In this document: positions 11,770 through 22,641 of the stretch, piece by piece
How positions within the stretch are numbered: position 1 is the stretch's first letter
Layout: each line of letters opens with the position of its first letter
Origin: Saprolegnia diclina VS20
Taxonomy: Eukaryota
Direction: 5' to 3'
Assembly: GCF_000281045.1 (NCBI RefSeq)
Contig: NW_008246086.1
Span: 250,446 to 285,622, forward strand
DNA: 35,177 bases
Made by a program: the position numbers and the translations under genes
Notes under the pieces: generated by a model
The model's database searches: none
What the model was told of the DNA's origin: nothing
What the model saw: only the letters and a program-made list of their open reading frames with translations

Positions 11770-12307
11770 TTTGGCCGCCCTTTCGCAGGTGGCGCGTTTG
11801 GCGCGCTTCCAGCACTTTGGTGAAGCGACCTCGCAGCACGCAAGTCCCGACGCACGAATCATATACCAAACTGGCAGGAGGTTAGGAAATTACGAGACGA
11901 CTTGCACGGCAGAGGTGTAGCGAAGCGTGCACCGTCGCCATTAATCGCCGTTCTCGAGCTGCCCTGTCCTGTACTATGGTACGAACCTCGATGCGAGCAA
12001 GTGTCCGTACATGCAATCGCGACGATCCCTCGGCCACGCCGCATGGATGGCTCTAGCCCAATGGGTGCTGAGGTAGAACGTCGCCTGTCTGCGGCGCTGC
12101 CGCTCGTTTCATACTGCATCTCCCGGTCTCTTCCGACTCGGCGTTGACCAGAGGAAAAACACAGCAAGTCTGGCACCGCATGACCCCTGGTCACGCTGCA
12201 GTGCCCAGTTGCGCCACCTGTCTTGTGAAAAGAAGGGTATGTGTCCGAAAATATACGAAAATGAATATATTTTGCCAGTGGGACTCGAGACCACTTCGGC
12301 CGTGCAC

Positions 12308-14075
12308 TCACGCTGCGTCGTCGTCGTCGAGCTGTGTGAGAAAGCCGACGTGGGTCAGGAAATGCACGAGCACTTCCACGTCGCGCGACGGCGTCTTTGC
12401 AATGTTCTGCAGCGTAAACGTACGTTCTTTCTGTGATTGCAGCGTGCGCAGGGCGTCGACCTGCGACGCGCTCACGACAAACTCGACCCGCAAATTGGAC
12501 GCGAAGCTGTCGTTCCCGTACAAGACGTTGAGAACATGGAGGCGACTTATATCCTCGTCCTTGCTGCCCGGCGCCACCGCCATGATCGACGGCAAGTCGG
12601 TGTATGCGAGTAAATTGGCCAGCGGGTTCAAGCGGAAGCGGGCGGTCGCCGGGATCGCCACCGATGGATCGAGGACGAGCTGTGCGTCACACGCATCGAG
12701 CACCGTCGACGCGCCGTCGTCGTCTTCATCATCACTCTCGTCGTCGTCTGCATGGTCATGATCGTGGTCATGGTCGTGGTCGTGGTCATGGTCGTGGTCA
12801 TGGTCATGGTCCTCGCAACTGCCATGTTCATGGTCGTCACCTTCTTCATCTCCTTCTTCTTCTTCATCTTCGTCGTCATCGTCGTCGGTGTTCGCGAGCT
12901 GGCCGTTCCGGCCATGCACCAAGAGGCGTGGCGGGCAAATGTCGGCGGGTTGGATCGACTGCAGCTGCGTTTGAAGCGTCGCAAGTACGGTTGCAAGCTG
13001 CGCGTGGGCGTCATCCACTGACGTGTAGCAGACACCAGCCCGACCTGCGGACGTTTGCAAAAGGAGCTGGCGGACAGCGTCGGCGACGACGTCGGCGTAC
13101 GGCGTCGAGATCATGCTCATAGTCATCGAGATCGAATCCTCGTCGTCCGCACACTCGACGCGGCGCCACATGCCACCGGGAACATACATCATCGAACCCG
13201 GATGGAGGGTGACGCTGACGTCGTCGTTGGTGTTTAGGGGTGGCGCAAAGGTCGGGTCCGTCATCCGGTGCAGTTTGAGCTGCTGCTCTTCGACCAATAC
13301 GTCCTGCGTCTTGTCGTGCGGCGTGCACCCGCGTAAGGGATGCGGCACGGTTCCCTTCTTGAGCTGCCACGTCGTGGAGCCGGCGAGCTGAACGGTGAAG
13401 TTCTCCGGAGAGTCAAAGTGCCTACGCCACGAAGTTAGCGCAACCTACTGAGAACGATAAATCAACCAATCGATCGTGTGGCCCGCCTTGCCGCAAAAGA
13501 TTTCAATTTCGCCGTTGAGTTTGCCACAAAGCGACGTCGTGGTAAAGCCCATACCGAGGTCCTGGGCGAGTGCTGGAATCAAGAGAGTGCTGAGCTCCTC
13601 CGATGACCGCATCGTAAGCGAGTGCCCGGCGCGGTGGAGCACGAGCGCCTGCTCCAGCGTCTCGACCTTGACCGACTCGATTTTGTTGTCCTTGGTCTGC
13701 ACCCACGCTTGGTACGCTTCAGACGACGTGACTTCGAGGAGCGCCTTGACGTCCAAGTCGCACATGCCCGCCGCGACGAGCTGGTCAAAGCGCGCTCGCG
13801 ACGCGTGCACAGCGAGGGCTTTCTGGCGGAAATGCGTTTGCATGAAGACGTCCGCCGTCATCGGATGTACGAGCTTGGCGAGGACCGCATCTTCGTCCAG
13901 CATCGGGTAGTCGTCGGTCAAGTCGTCACCGACAATGGTCACCACATCGCTCGCCTTGGCTACACAGAGCGTCGTATCTAGCGCTGATCCATGTGCATGG
14001 CCACGTACCGTTCTTCGCCTGGCGCTTGGTCGCCGAAGCACCCTTCGTCGTCGTCACGGCCTTGCGCTTGACCAT
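12308..14075 (-). CDS. JmjC/cupin protein (RIOX1/NO66/ycfD-like) with a degenerate active site, 3 exons
   Basis: MVKRKA start, then a 31-nt intron at 13978-14008. Motifs: PMTADVFMQTHFRQKAL, WHFDSPENFTVQLAGSTTW (joined across the second intron) and LHPGSMMYVPGGMWRRVEC. Confidence 0.8.
12752..12811 (-). repeat. (Asp-His)10 coding hexanucleotide repeat inside an acidic insert
   Basis: Ten GAY-CAY units, flanked by D/E runs. Confidence 0.95.
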
Positions 14076-14441
14076 CAAAATCTCCACTGCCGTTTCGTCG
14101 ATTGTGATTGGTCAAGAGGCATTGACACCACCGCCGGTGATTGGTGGCTTTTGGCGCTCGACTTTGATGGTCATTCGAGATGAAGATTTGAGGAGCTGCT
14201 TTGCATTCGAATGCTGCTGCATAGGTCTTACCGTATTCAAGGCTATCCATGCAGTGTGCAAGTGTACTACTACAGCTCCCTACTGCATATCCTTCACGTC
14301 GCTGGCTCTGCCGGCTCTGGCGTGCGTCTGTCTCCTCATCCTAATAGCGCCGCTGCCGACCCATCCTCCGCCCAGTAGAGACAGCACGACGCGCAAGACG
14401 ATACTGTTGTAGGTCAAAATCACACAATTACTTTGTATCAG

Positions 14442-15504
14442 CTACGTCGGCAGCTCCTTGTAGTAGTAGCTTGTATCCATGCGCCGAGTATCTTGGTGCT
14501 CGTTGACGACAAGTGTGGCCAACTGGACGACCCAGACCAAGGTTCCGAGGAGCGCTATAGCGCCAAGTAGACTACCCAAGCCGATCGCGATCGATGGGTA
14601 CGCGTACGCAAAGTCGACCGAGATCTGCAGCACGTGCACGTCGTAGAGGCCATACGTCGCGAACGGCGCGACCGCGCAGATCCCGAGTCCATCCAATGTG
14701 GTGTTGAGGTTGCAGGAAAAGGCCGGGAGCACACCACGGGCGTTGCAGCACTCGAGCGGCCGCGCGGTGGCGTCCGTATAACGCGTGCGCGTGCCCTCCC
14801 AAGAGATCAAGTGGCCGGCGCAGGCTTGGTGCGGCCCGCGCGCCGTCGCGCACGTCTGCTGCAAGAACGCGCCTTGGTGCAGCGGGTGGTAGACGTCGTG
14901 GCGCGTCAGACTATCGCAATTGCGCACGTCGAAGCGGCGCTCCAACGTCGTGTCGTTGATTTTGCAGCGCACGCTGAGCGGCGCGGCACGTACTTGAAGC
15001 GCGAGCGGGATCGGCACCGTCGACGCATACGGATACAGCACGGCCGCGCCGTCGCTCGCATCGTCCTCGTAGCGCCACGTGCACGAGATATTCTCCGAGG
15101 CGAGCGCGCCGAGGTGCCACGCACAAAAGGCAAAGTCGGTCTTTGGCATGTTGCACAGAGTTGGCGCGCACTCGCGCCACGTCGCTGCCCACGCATCGGC
15201 CAAAGCAGCAGGCATCCCGGTCGTCGTCGTCGTCGTTGCTGTTGCTGTTTGTAATGGTGGTGGTCACGTACTGGGTACGATGGTTTCTACAAGCGCGCTT
15301 GATCGCTCAGTTCGCCGTGTCGTCGAATCTTGACGACGCAGTGACTTGGGTCGAGGGTCCGCCGCCGACGTCGACGAAGTAGCGCGGGTGACGGTAGCAG
15401 CAGTGACTATGACGTTGCACTTCGCACCATCGAGTTCCAACGCTCGTCGAGCACGTGCATTTCCGAACAAGTAAAAACAGAAGAAGAAGGGTGTTTCGCA
15501 CCAT
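14442..15504 (-). CDS. Uncharacterised Cys-rich protein with a C-terminal transmembrane helix (type I membrane-like); 5' structure uncertain
   Basis: A 257-codon ORF with many Cys and a hydrophobic IAIGLGSLLGAIALLGTLVWVV segment. An upstream in-frame segment can be joined by a short GTACGT intron. A signal-like MVRNTLLLLFLL at 15504 is out of frame with it. Confidence 0.55.
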
Positions 15505-16030
15505 AGTCACAGTAGGACGGTAAGGGCAAGCTGTTGCGGCCGATTAATCGGCAGCACATGTCGCGGCCATGTGTTGCCACGCGACGACGCCGGCTGCTGC
15601 CTCGGTCGTGCGATAACTCGCGTCCACGCGCGCTTGCAGCTCAAGCATCCAGTCCTAGTCGACTCTTCTCGGGCGCGAATACCGTAAGCACGAGCGGCGG
15701 TCGCGTGTTGTCATGTAATCGATGACGGCAACGCCGCGTTGCGTCTGGTTCCTACTGGCATACCGTAGTGTAGCTCGAGCTTGGCTTCTCGAGAGGTCAC
15801 GTCGTCGAGATAACTCGAAGCGATTGCGCAGCCAGCACGCGTCTTGTCGTAGGAAGTGGCACGTTTGCAGCAGTGCGGAAGACGTGCGACCACTGGTGAG
15901 TGCGCACTGTGGACCGGCGTACCACCGCAGCTGGGTTCGAAATATTCGGTGCACACGGTCCGACGTCGCTGCGATGCGGTGCGTCATTTGTCAACTTGCC
16001 GCCTTTTCGCACAGTACCACTACTAGCAGG

Positions 16031-16935
16031 ATGGACCGCCATGGCCTCGGGCGTCTCGGGTGCACGGGCTGCGAGACCTCGGTGGCGCTGAAACCCATCT
16101 TCCAGCGGTACATCCATGTCTCTACCGCAAGAGGCGCTTGACATTTACCGTTGCCCGTAGCAACAACAAGGACAAGAAGAAGAACATTCGGTGCTTTCCG
16201 CACTGCTGCAACGGCCGCGGCGGCCACAAGAGCGCGGGCTTTTGCGGCTCGAGCGTCTTTGCGACGACGCACGTGGCCTGCGACGCAGCCATTTGCCGCT
16301 TTGAGAGCTCGACGCTCGACGAAGGCCAGCGCTTCGTCGTCGGCCGCCAGTACGCGAGCGTCGACATCAGCTCTGATTTCCCAGTCGTCGAGACGGCGAC
16401 GACGCGCGCTGGGCGCCGCTTTGTCATCAACCCGGACGTCAACAAGCGCGGCTGGTCGTACGCGTACGACAGCCGCATCGAGAAGAACCGCCGCCACCGC
16501 ATGAGCGTCTACTTCTTTGACGGAGGCGTCTGCGTCGACATTCTGCACTCGACGTGGTTTGAGCTCCGGTCAACGCGCATGCCCAAACACAAGGCGGCCC
16601 CGCACTTGATGCGTCCGCTCTCGTCACCGAGCAGCCCTCTGCGCTATCAACGCCCGATGCCACAGATGCCGAATGTGTACCAAGCCCATGCTCATCTTCG
16701 CACGCGGAAGCGCAGCCTCGACGACCTCAACTACTACTACCCGCGCGAGAACACGACCACATATTCATCCCCGCGTCGGACCACGTCGCCGTACTCGGAC
16801 GGCGTCCAGCATGTTATTTTCAAACGGCGCCCCGAAATTACGCTCTCGAGCGCCGAGGCCGCGGCGACCGAAGCCGCCAAGTGGTCGGTGTTCACACCCA
16901 AGTGGACGATCTTGCCGCCGCTCGTGGCACGATGA
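16031..16935 (+). CDS. Uncharacterised protein with an 'RNN..K.IRCFPHCC..H..CG' domain; possible transcription factor; 2 exons
   Basis: Intron 16108-16160 gives CTGC...FQRNNKDKKKNIRCFPHCCNGRGGHKSAGFCG. The tail is low-complexity S/P with an RTRKRS NLS-like motif. Confidence 0.7.
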
Positions 16936-17303
16936 CGCACACGTTGTCATCATAACTATGTGGAGCAAAGACGCTGTAGCTCTCTGTATATATTTTTACT
17001 TTGCATGTCCCCTCCAAACTCGCGCTTGCGAGACAGCAAAAGAGAGTCGGAATGGACGGTCAGGCGCGTGGCTGCAAAAACACATGTTGGAACTTTGGGG
17101 CCAGAATCGTCCACAGAGAGTGGCTGCGATCGCCCTGTGGACGCTGTATTTCGCACCTTGCTGACCATCCGTGCACTGTATTACCTAGTCAAAGGTACTG
17201 ACAACCCATAGCTTCTCTCCACCCGCAGCGCGTCCTTGCGGCGGACGAGTTTTTATTGCTGAAAACTACATCAGTCGTTGCCAAATGTGCTGCGATCAAC
17301 GAG

Positions 17304-18923
17304 TTAAGTTGCAGGTTCAGGAATCGTATCGGTCCAGAGCAGCTCCCGCGTAAACACCGGTTGGGGCCACCCCAAGCGCGCTCGGTAAATGGTCAGGCGC
17401 AGGCTTCTCGAAGCCACGTCCACAAGCCCGAAATGGGTCCCCGTAAAGCTACTGAAATGCAGCGTGTCGGTCGAATCAACCAGCCAGCGCGGCACGAGCG
17501 GTGGCACGGGCAGCGCTGCGATCGGGGATGCACCCATCTAGTAGGCAAGGTCGTGGCAGGTACTACCATGGGTGCATTTTAGTACCTCGAACAAGAACGG
17601 GTAGGCGCCGTGCTGGAAAAAGCCAGCCCAGTGCAGATCCCCCGAGAGCACGACGACCCCCGAGATGTTGTGTGCGACGACGGCATCAAAGATCTCGTGG
17701 TACTCGGATTGGTACAGCGCCCAGCCTTCGTCCGTGCTGTGCAGCCCGAGGCTCGAGACGACCCTAATTCGCATTCTGAGGACGGCGCTTCTAGAAAAGT
17801 AACTCGGACATGGGCGAAACCATAAACTTGAACGGCGTTTTGGCGGCAAGGAGCCATGCAAGGAGGTGGCGCTTCTGCACCGCACCGAGCTTTGTCTTGG
17901 TTGGTCCGTCGACCATGGTCTTGGGCGATGCGTATTTCCGCTACCACATAGGCACGTCAGCGTCGCTGTCGCGAGAGACTGGGATCTACCACGTCCAGCA
18001 TGAAGAAGGAGGCAGCGCCCGCCTGCCACGCATAGTAGTGGTCACCATCGCGCAGTGGCTTTGGGTTGCGCTGACCAAAGTACACGTGGAAGAGGCGGAC
18101 GCGTTCGGTATACAGCGGGTCGTCTTCGCCTTGGTTCCACTAGAATGGATTCTATCAACTTGATACATCAAGACAAAGACGAATCGACGTACGTTGTTGA
18201 AGATCTCGTGGTCGTCATACATGCTAAAGATCGGTGTCGACTGCGTCAGCGCCTTGTAGCTCGGGTCCTGCACCGTTGCTTGGTACAAGGCGTCGGTGGC
18301 GCGCGTCGGAATGTCGATATCCGCGTACACTTGGTCGCCGAGGAGCAGCATAAAGGCAGGGGACACGACTGACGCAATGTAGTCGAGGTTACTGCCAAAG
18401 CCTGCGTTGACCATCGACATGAGTTTTATGACGTGATCACGCACCGACGAGATCGTACAGCAACGGAATCGCCATGGTGCACGAGCCAAACGCAAACGAG
18501 ACTGGCGCCGAGACGTCGTCCGAGAGCGTCGATGCCGCCATGTCCTTGGCGTAGACCACATGCGTCGTCGTCTCGTCCAGAAGCTCGACGTGCAGGCGAT
18601 ATGTGGTGGCCGGCGCCAGACCTTGAAGCCACAGCGTCGCGGGCGCACGGCTAAGAAGGGACTGCACCACCTGCTGCGGCGTGTCGTTGTCAGCATTGGA
18701 ATAGCGCACCCGCACCGACGTCGCGTTGAGTGCAAAGAGCCACAACGCGATGGACGACGTCGTGACGGCCCCGAGCTGCACGAGGGACTCCTCTCCTAGC
18801 ACTCACTATCTGCACTGCCTCCACGCTAGGGGTAGGGATACCTTGCGCCATAGTTTTCATATAAACGTGGACGAGAAGCGCCAGCAGCGCGAGGCCGACG
18901 CTGACACGGACTTGGCTCTGCAT
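17304..18923 (-). CDS. PhoD-like alkaline phosphatase D with an N-terminal signal/anchor, multi-exon
   Basis: Motifs: FAFGSC, LLLGDQVYAD, MYDDHEIFNN, FFMLDV|RKY, LGAVQKRHLLAWL, DEGW, LSGDLH, ASPIAA. The N-terminus is hydrophobic. Confidence 0.88.
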
Positions 18924-19277
18924 GTGGCGGTCGTGGGACACGCAAATGTGTCAAATTCTCTGAAATTTGCGCAAGTGCAACTTGATGTGCACGGAACGTC
19001 AGTATCCGGATGGCTGGCGCGCCTTCGTAGAGGTCCTCGTCGTCACGAACGCTGCTGTCCGCCCAGCCTCCATATAATACATGACACGGGACTACCGCTA
19101 GGTGGTCAGATAACTGGTGGAGGTCATACTATTATAGGCAAGGGCGCAGCGTCAAGGTTTCGTCGACGTACCTACACCCAGGTGCAAACTGGCGCGGTGC
19201 AAAGTGGCGTGCGTTATCCGGATGGTACAGGATGTCCGGAGCACAATTTATTCTTGGTTTGTCGACCAGCCGCGACG
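18924..19277. promoter_or_regulatory. Divergent promoter between PhoD and PAP2 with two TATCCGGATGG motifs
   Basis: The genes are head-to-head about 354 bp apart. The motif lies at 19003 and 19215, one copy near each start codon. Confidence 0.5.
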
Positions 19278-20338
19278 ATGGCTTGGCAGGAGACCATGAT
19301 GCGCTTCCGCCTCGCCGAGTTTGCCACGAGCACGCTCATGCTCGTCATCTCGCTCGTCATTTCGCTTGCAGGCCTCTACCAACGTAAGCAGCATGTGAGC
19401 TACTTTCTCTCTCGACGCATGGATGGTCGTAGGCGACCTCCTCGTCGTGACCATCCCGCTCGGCAATGGCAAGACCGTCTTTGTGCGCGATCCAAGCGTG
19501 AACCTCCCGATGCTCGACCAGCAAGGTATACGTACGACGCCTCGGCAAAGTCTCATACTCGGTGGTAGTGCCCATGTACTTGGCGGTCATCCTCTCGTAT
19601 GGCATCCCCGTGATTGCGCACGTGGTCCTTCAGTGCAAGCAGCGCATTGACCATGACACGCGCGACTTCTTCCTCTCGCTTTTCGTCTCGTCGGCCATTT
19701 GCCAGCTCGCGACCAACATCCTTAAGGTCCTCGCGGGCCGGTTCCGCCCGAGCTTCTACTCGATGTGCAAGTGGGACACGACGGCGGTCTGGGACGGCTC
19801 CGCGAACCTCTGCACCGACAAGCACGCCGAGACCGAAGGCCGCAAGTCGTTCCCGTCCGGCCACTCGTCGACGGCGTTCTCAACGCTCTTCTTCCTCAGC
19901 GTACCCGCCCTTATTTGTCTCTGGCTATGGCTCATCTGCGGTGATACGCGTAGCTCTACCTCCTCGGGCGCTTCCAGGTCGTCGCCCTCCACAAGTACAG
20001 CGCCAATGCGATGGCCGGCCGCCACTCTCTCGCCAACATCAAGTTTTTCATTGCGCTTTTACCGACGGTCCTCGCCATGTGGATCGCGGTCACGCGCTCG
20101 ATGGACAACTGGCACCACTACTCGGACATTGCGGTACACTCCCTACAGACAGGAGACCGACAAACCGGCTTCTTTCTAGGCTGGCGCGTTCATTGGCATT
20201 GTTTCGGCGGTGCTGGCGTACGCCTACAACTATGGGTCGCTCTTCAAGTACAAGTCGTCGGGCCTCCCCCTCGAAACGTACTACGAGCAGAAGATTGCAA
20301 AGAGCGACTCGCGCGTGGCGCCGCTCACAGCTGCGTAA
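19278..20338 (+). CDS. PAP2 lipid phosphate phosphatase (DPP1/PLPP4-5-like), paralog 1
   Basis: C1 KVLAGRFRP, C2 SFPSGH and C3 TRSMDNWHHYSD are present, with multiple TM segments and short introns. Confidence 0.92.
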
Positions 20339-21086
20339 TACAGACACTCGACATCATTCGAGTAAACGCTTCTACTCATAGTTATCGAATACCCCCTGTC
20401 TCGGGCAGCTTTGGGCTATGTCCTTTGCTCGAGGACAAGAGCATCTACTCGTCACAAGCGTAAAGCGTAGGAATAAGAAACAGACTAGAACCGCGTCGTG
20501 CCTACGACGCTATGGAGGTACTACGACGACCGCTGGGCGCCGTCCTACGGGTGAAACAGACGCAGCTGCTGCGTCCACGTAGCCGTTCGTGGGTGCGAAT
20601 CAGAGCCCTCCGTCGCTTGTAAGAGCTTGGTCGCTTGCAGCGACTCGGACTGTCTCGCAGACGGCGATTTGCCCTGCGTTTTGCTTTGCGCGCGACCGTA
20701 CCGTTGCGGCTGGTGCGCGCCGTTCCTGGCGTCTTGCGCGGTCCGTGCAAAGTCGTTTGAAGGGCTGTCTTGCGCAAGACGCTCAAGTGTGGTATCGTGG
20801 GAGCGCGCGCAGGGTGCTGGAACGTTCGCCACGATGCTTGCGCGCGTAGTGTTCGGGAGGCAACGGTCGATAGTCGTCGAGCGCCTCGGGTGACGTGACC
20901 AACAACAATAGACGTGCCGCGCTGCAGAATCTCGCACCCTGTCTTTTTCATGGATTGCATTTCGCCGCGTTTGATTGGCGCGTTCCAGAAAGGACGCACC
21001 AATCACAATGCAGCTTGCGGCCGGGTGCGAATTTGTCGATCGCCATTGTTCAAGTTGCGTGCAAGAGCATACGCATAGCTACCACG

Positions 21087-22143
21087 ATGACCTCCTGGGC
21101 AGAGCGCGCTCGTATCTACCGCGCTGGTGACTTTGCCGCGACGCTTGTCGTGCTCGCTGTCGCGATGGCCATCTCATCGTTTGGCCTCTTTCGGCGTATC
21201 TCCCATGATCCACCAATCTCCTAGTCCCATTCGTGCTTGGACTAGGCGATATCCCGGTCATTACGCTACCACTCAACGCCACGTCCAGCCTCTTTCTTCG
21301 TGATCCGAGTTTGAACCACAAGATGCGCAAGGAACAAGGTAGATCGAACGATCTTGTACGAGGCAATACGGCAAGGACTGGTAGTGTCGCCGATCGTGTG
21401 CATGGTCCTGGCGTACGCACTGCCTCTGCTCGTACACGCCGTCGTGCAGTGGAGGCACCGTATCGCCAACGACACGCGTGACTTTGTCCTCTCGCTGCTC
21501 CTCTCGGCGACCCTCGCGCAACTCTTCACCAACATCATCAAGAGCCTTGCCGGTCGCTTCCGCCCGAGCTTCTACGACATGTGCGACTGGAACACAGAAG
21601 TGCTTTGGGACGGCGTCGCCAACCTTTGCCGCAACGCTGCGGGTGAAGCGCAGGGACGCAAGTCGTTTCCGTCGGGGCATTCGTCGACGGCCTTCTCAGG
21701 GCTCTGCTTCCTTTCGGTATAGTTTCACACCTCTACTGAGAGAATTAGGCTCAGTGTGCCATGTAGTTGTACCTTGTCGGGCGCGCGCGTGTCGCGGCGT
21801 GTACGCACGGCACTCGGTCGATGCTCTCGGCCGCCAAGCTCTTTGGCGCGTGCCTTCCGCTTCTGCTCGCGACGTGGGTTGCGCTCACTCGGTCGCAAGA
21901 CAACTGGCACCACTACTCGGACATTGCGGTGACAGTATCAATGCTTCAAGTACAGTCGAAAATGACATGTCTTAGGTGGGCGCGCTCATCGGCATTGCGT
22001 CGGCTTTTGTCGCGCACGCCTTCAACTACGTTGCGGTGTGCAGCCCGCACAACGCGGGACTCCCGCTTGAGACCTGCGTGGCCGACCCGGCCGGGACGCT
22101 CGAGGAGCCGCTGCACAAGGAGAACGATGCGTCCGAGTGCTAA
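21087..22143 (+). CDS. PAP2 lipid phosphate phosphatase, tandem paralog 2
   Basis: KSLAGRFRP, SFPSGH and TRSQDNWHHYSD are present. Intron positions mirror paralog 1. Confidence 0.92.
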
Positions 22144-22641
22144 GCAGAGACGCCACGTGTTTGCAATCACCGTGGGCTGCGAGACTCGTGCCCAGTGCAG
22201 TACCAAGTAAGGTTTCCTACAACCGTAAACATTTTTTTTGATGGCAAAATGGAGCCTGTCGTGATGAGATGCAACCGGATCGAACGTGGCGCGAGTCAAC
22301 CTCAACGTCAAATTGAAAAAAACGCAACTCAATTTCGTTCGATTTGAGTGACGAAACCAGTGGTACCGTAGAGCACTCGACGATCGATTCGTCCTGGTTG
22401 CGCCTTGCGTGCATATAACCAAGACCATGGATCCCATGACAGGTTTGCAGCGACACCTGCCCTCGCGCGTCTCGTCTCTCGCGGGCAGTGAGGTCGGCGG
22501 ACCTTTTTTCGCCGTTGCATTTCGGACATCAGCGCCCTCAAACAAGTACAAATAGGCATTTATAGCCGAATGACCGATTTAGAGACCCTAGTTTGGCCGA
22601 ATTGGACCGCAGGAGCCGAATTGGAACGAGGCAAAAAGCTG

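Noticed and set aside
12752..12811. CRISPR-like or non-coding repeat array
   Set aside because: A simple in-frame coding repeat with no spacers, in a eukaryotic context.
22596..22625. Direct repeat GCCGAATTGGA x2
   Set aside because: Short and probably just paired CCAAT-type promoter elements; nothing supports a mobile element.
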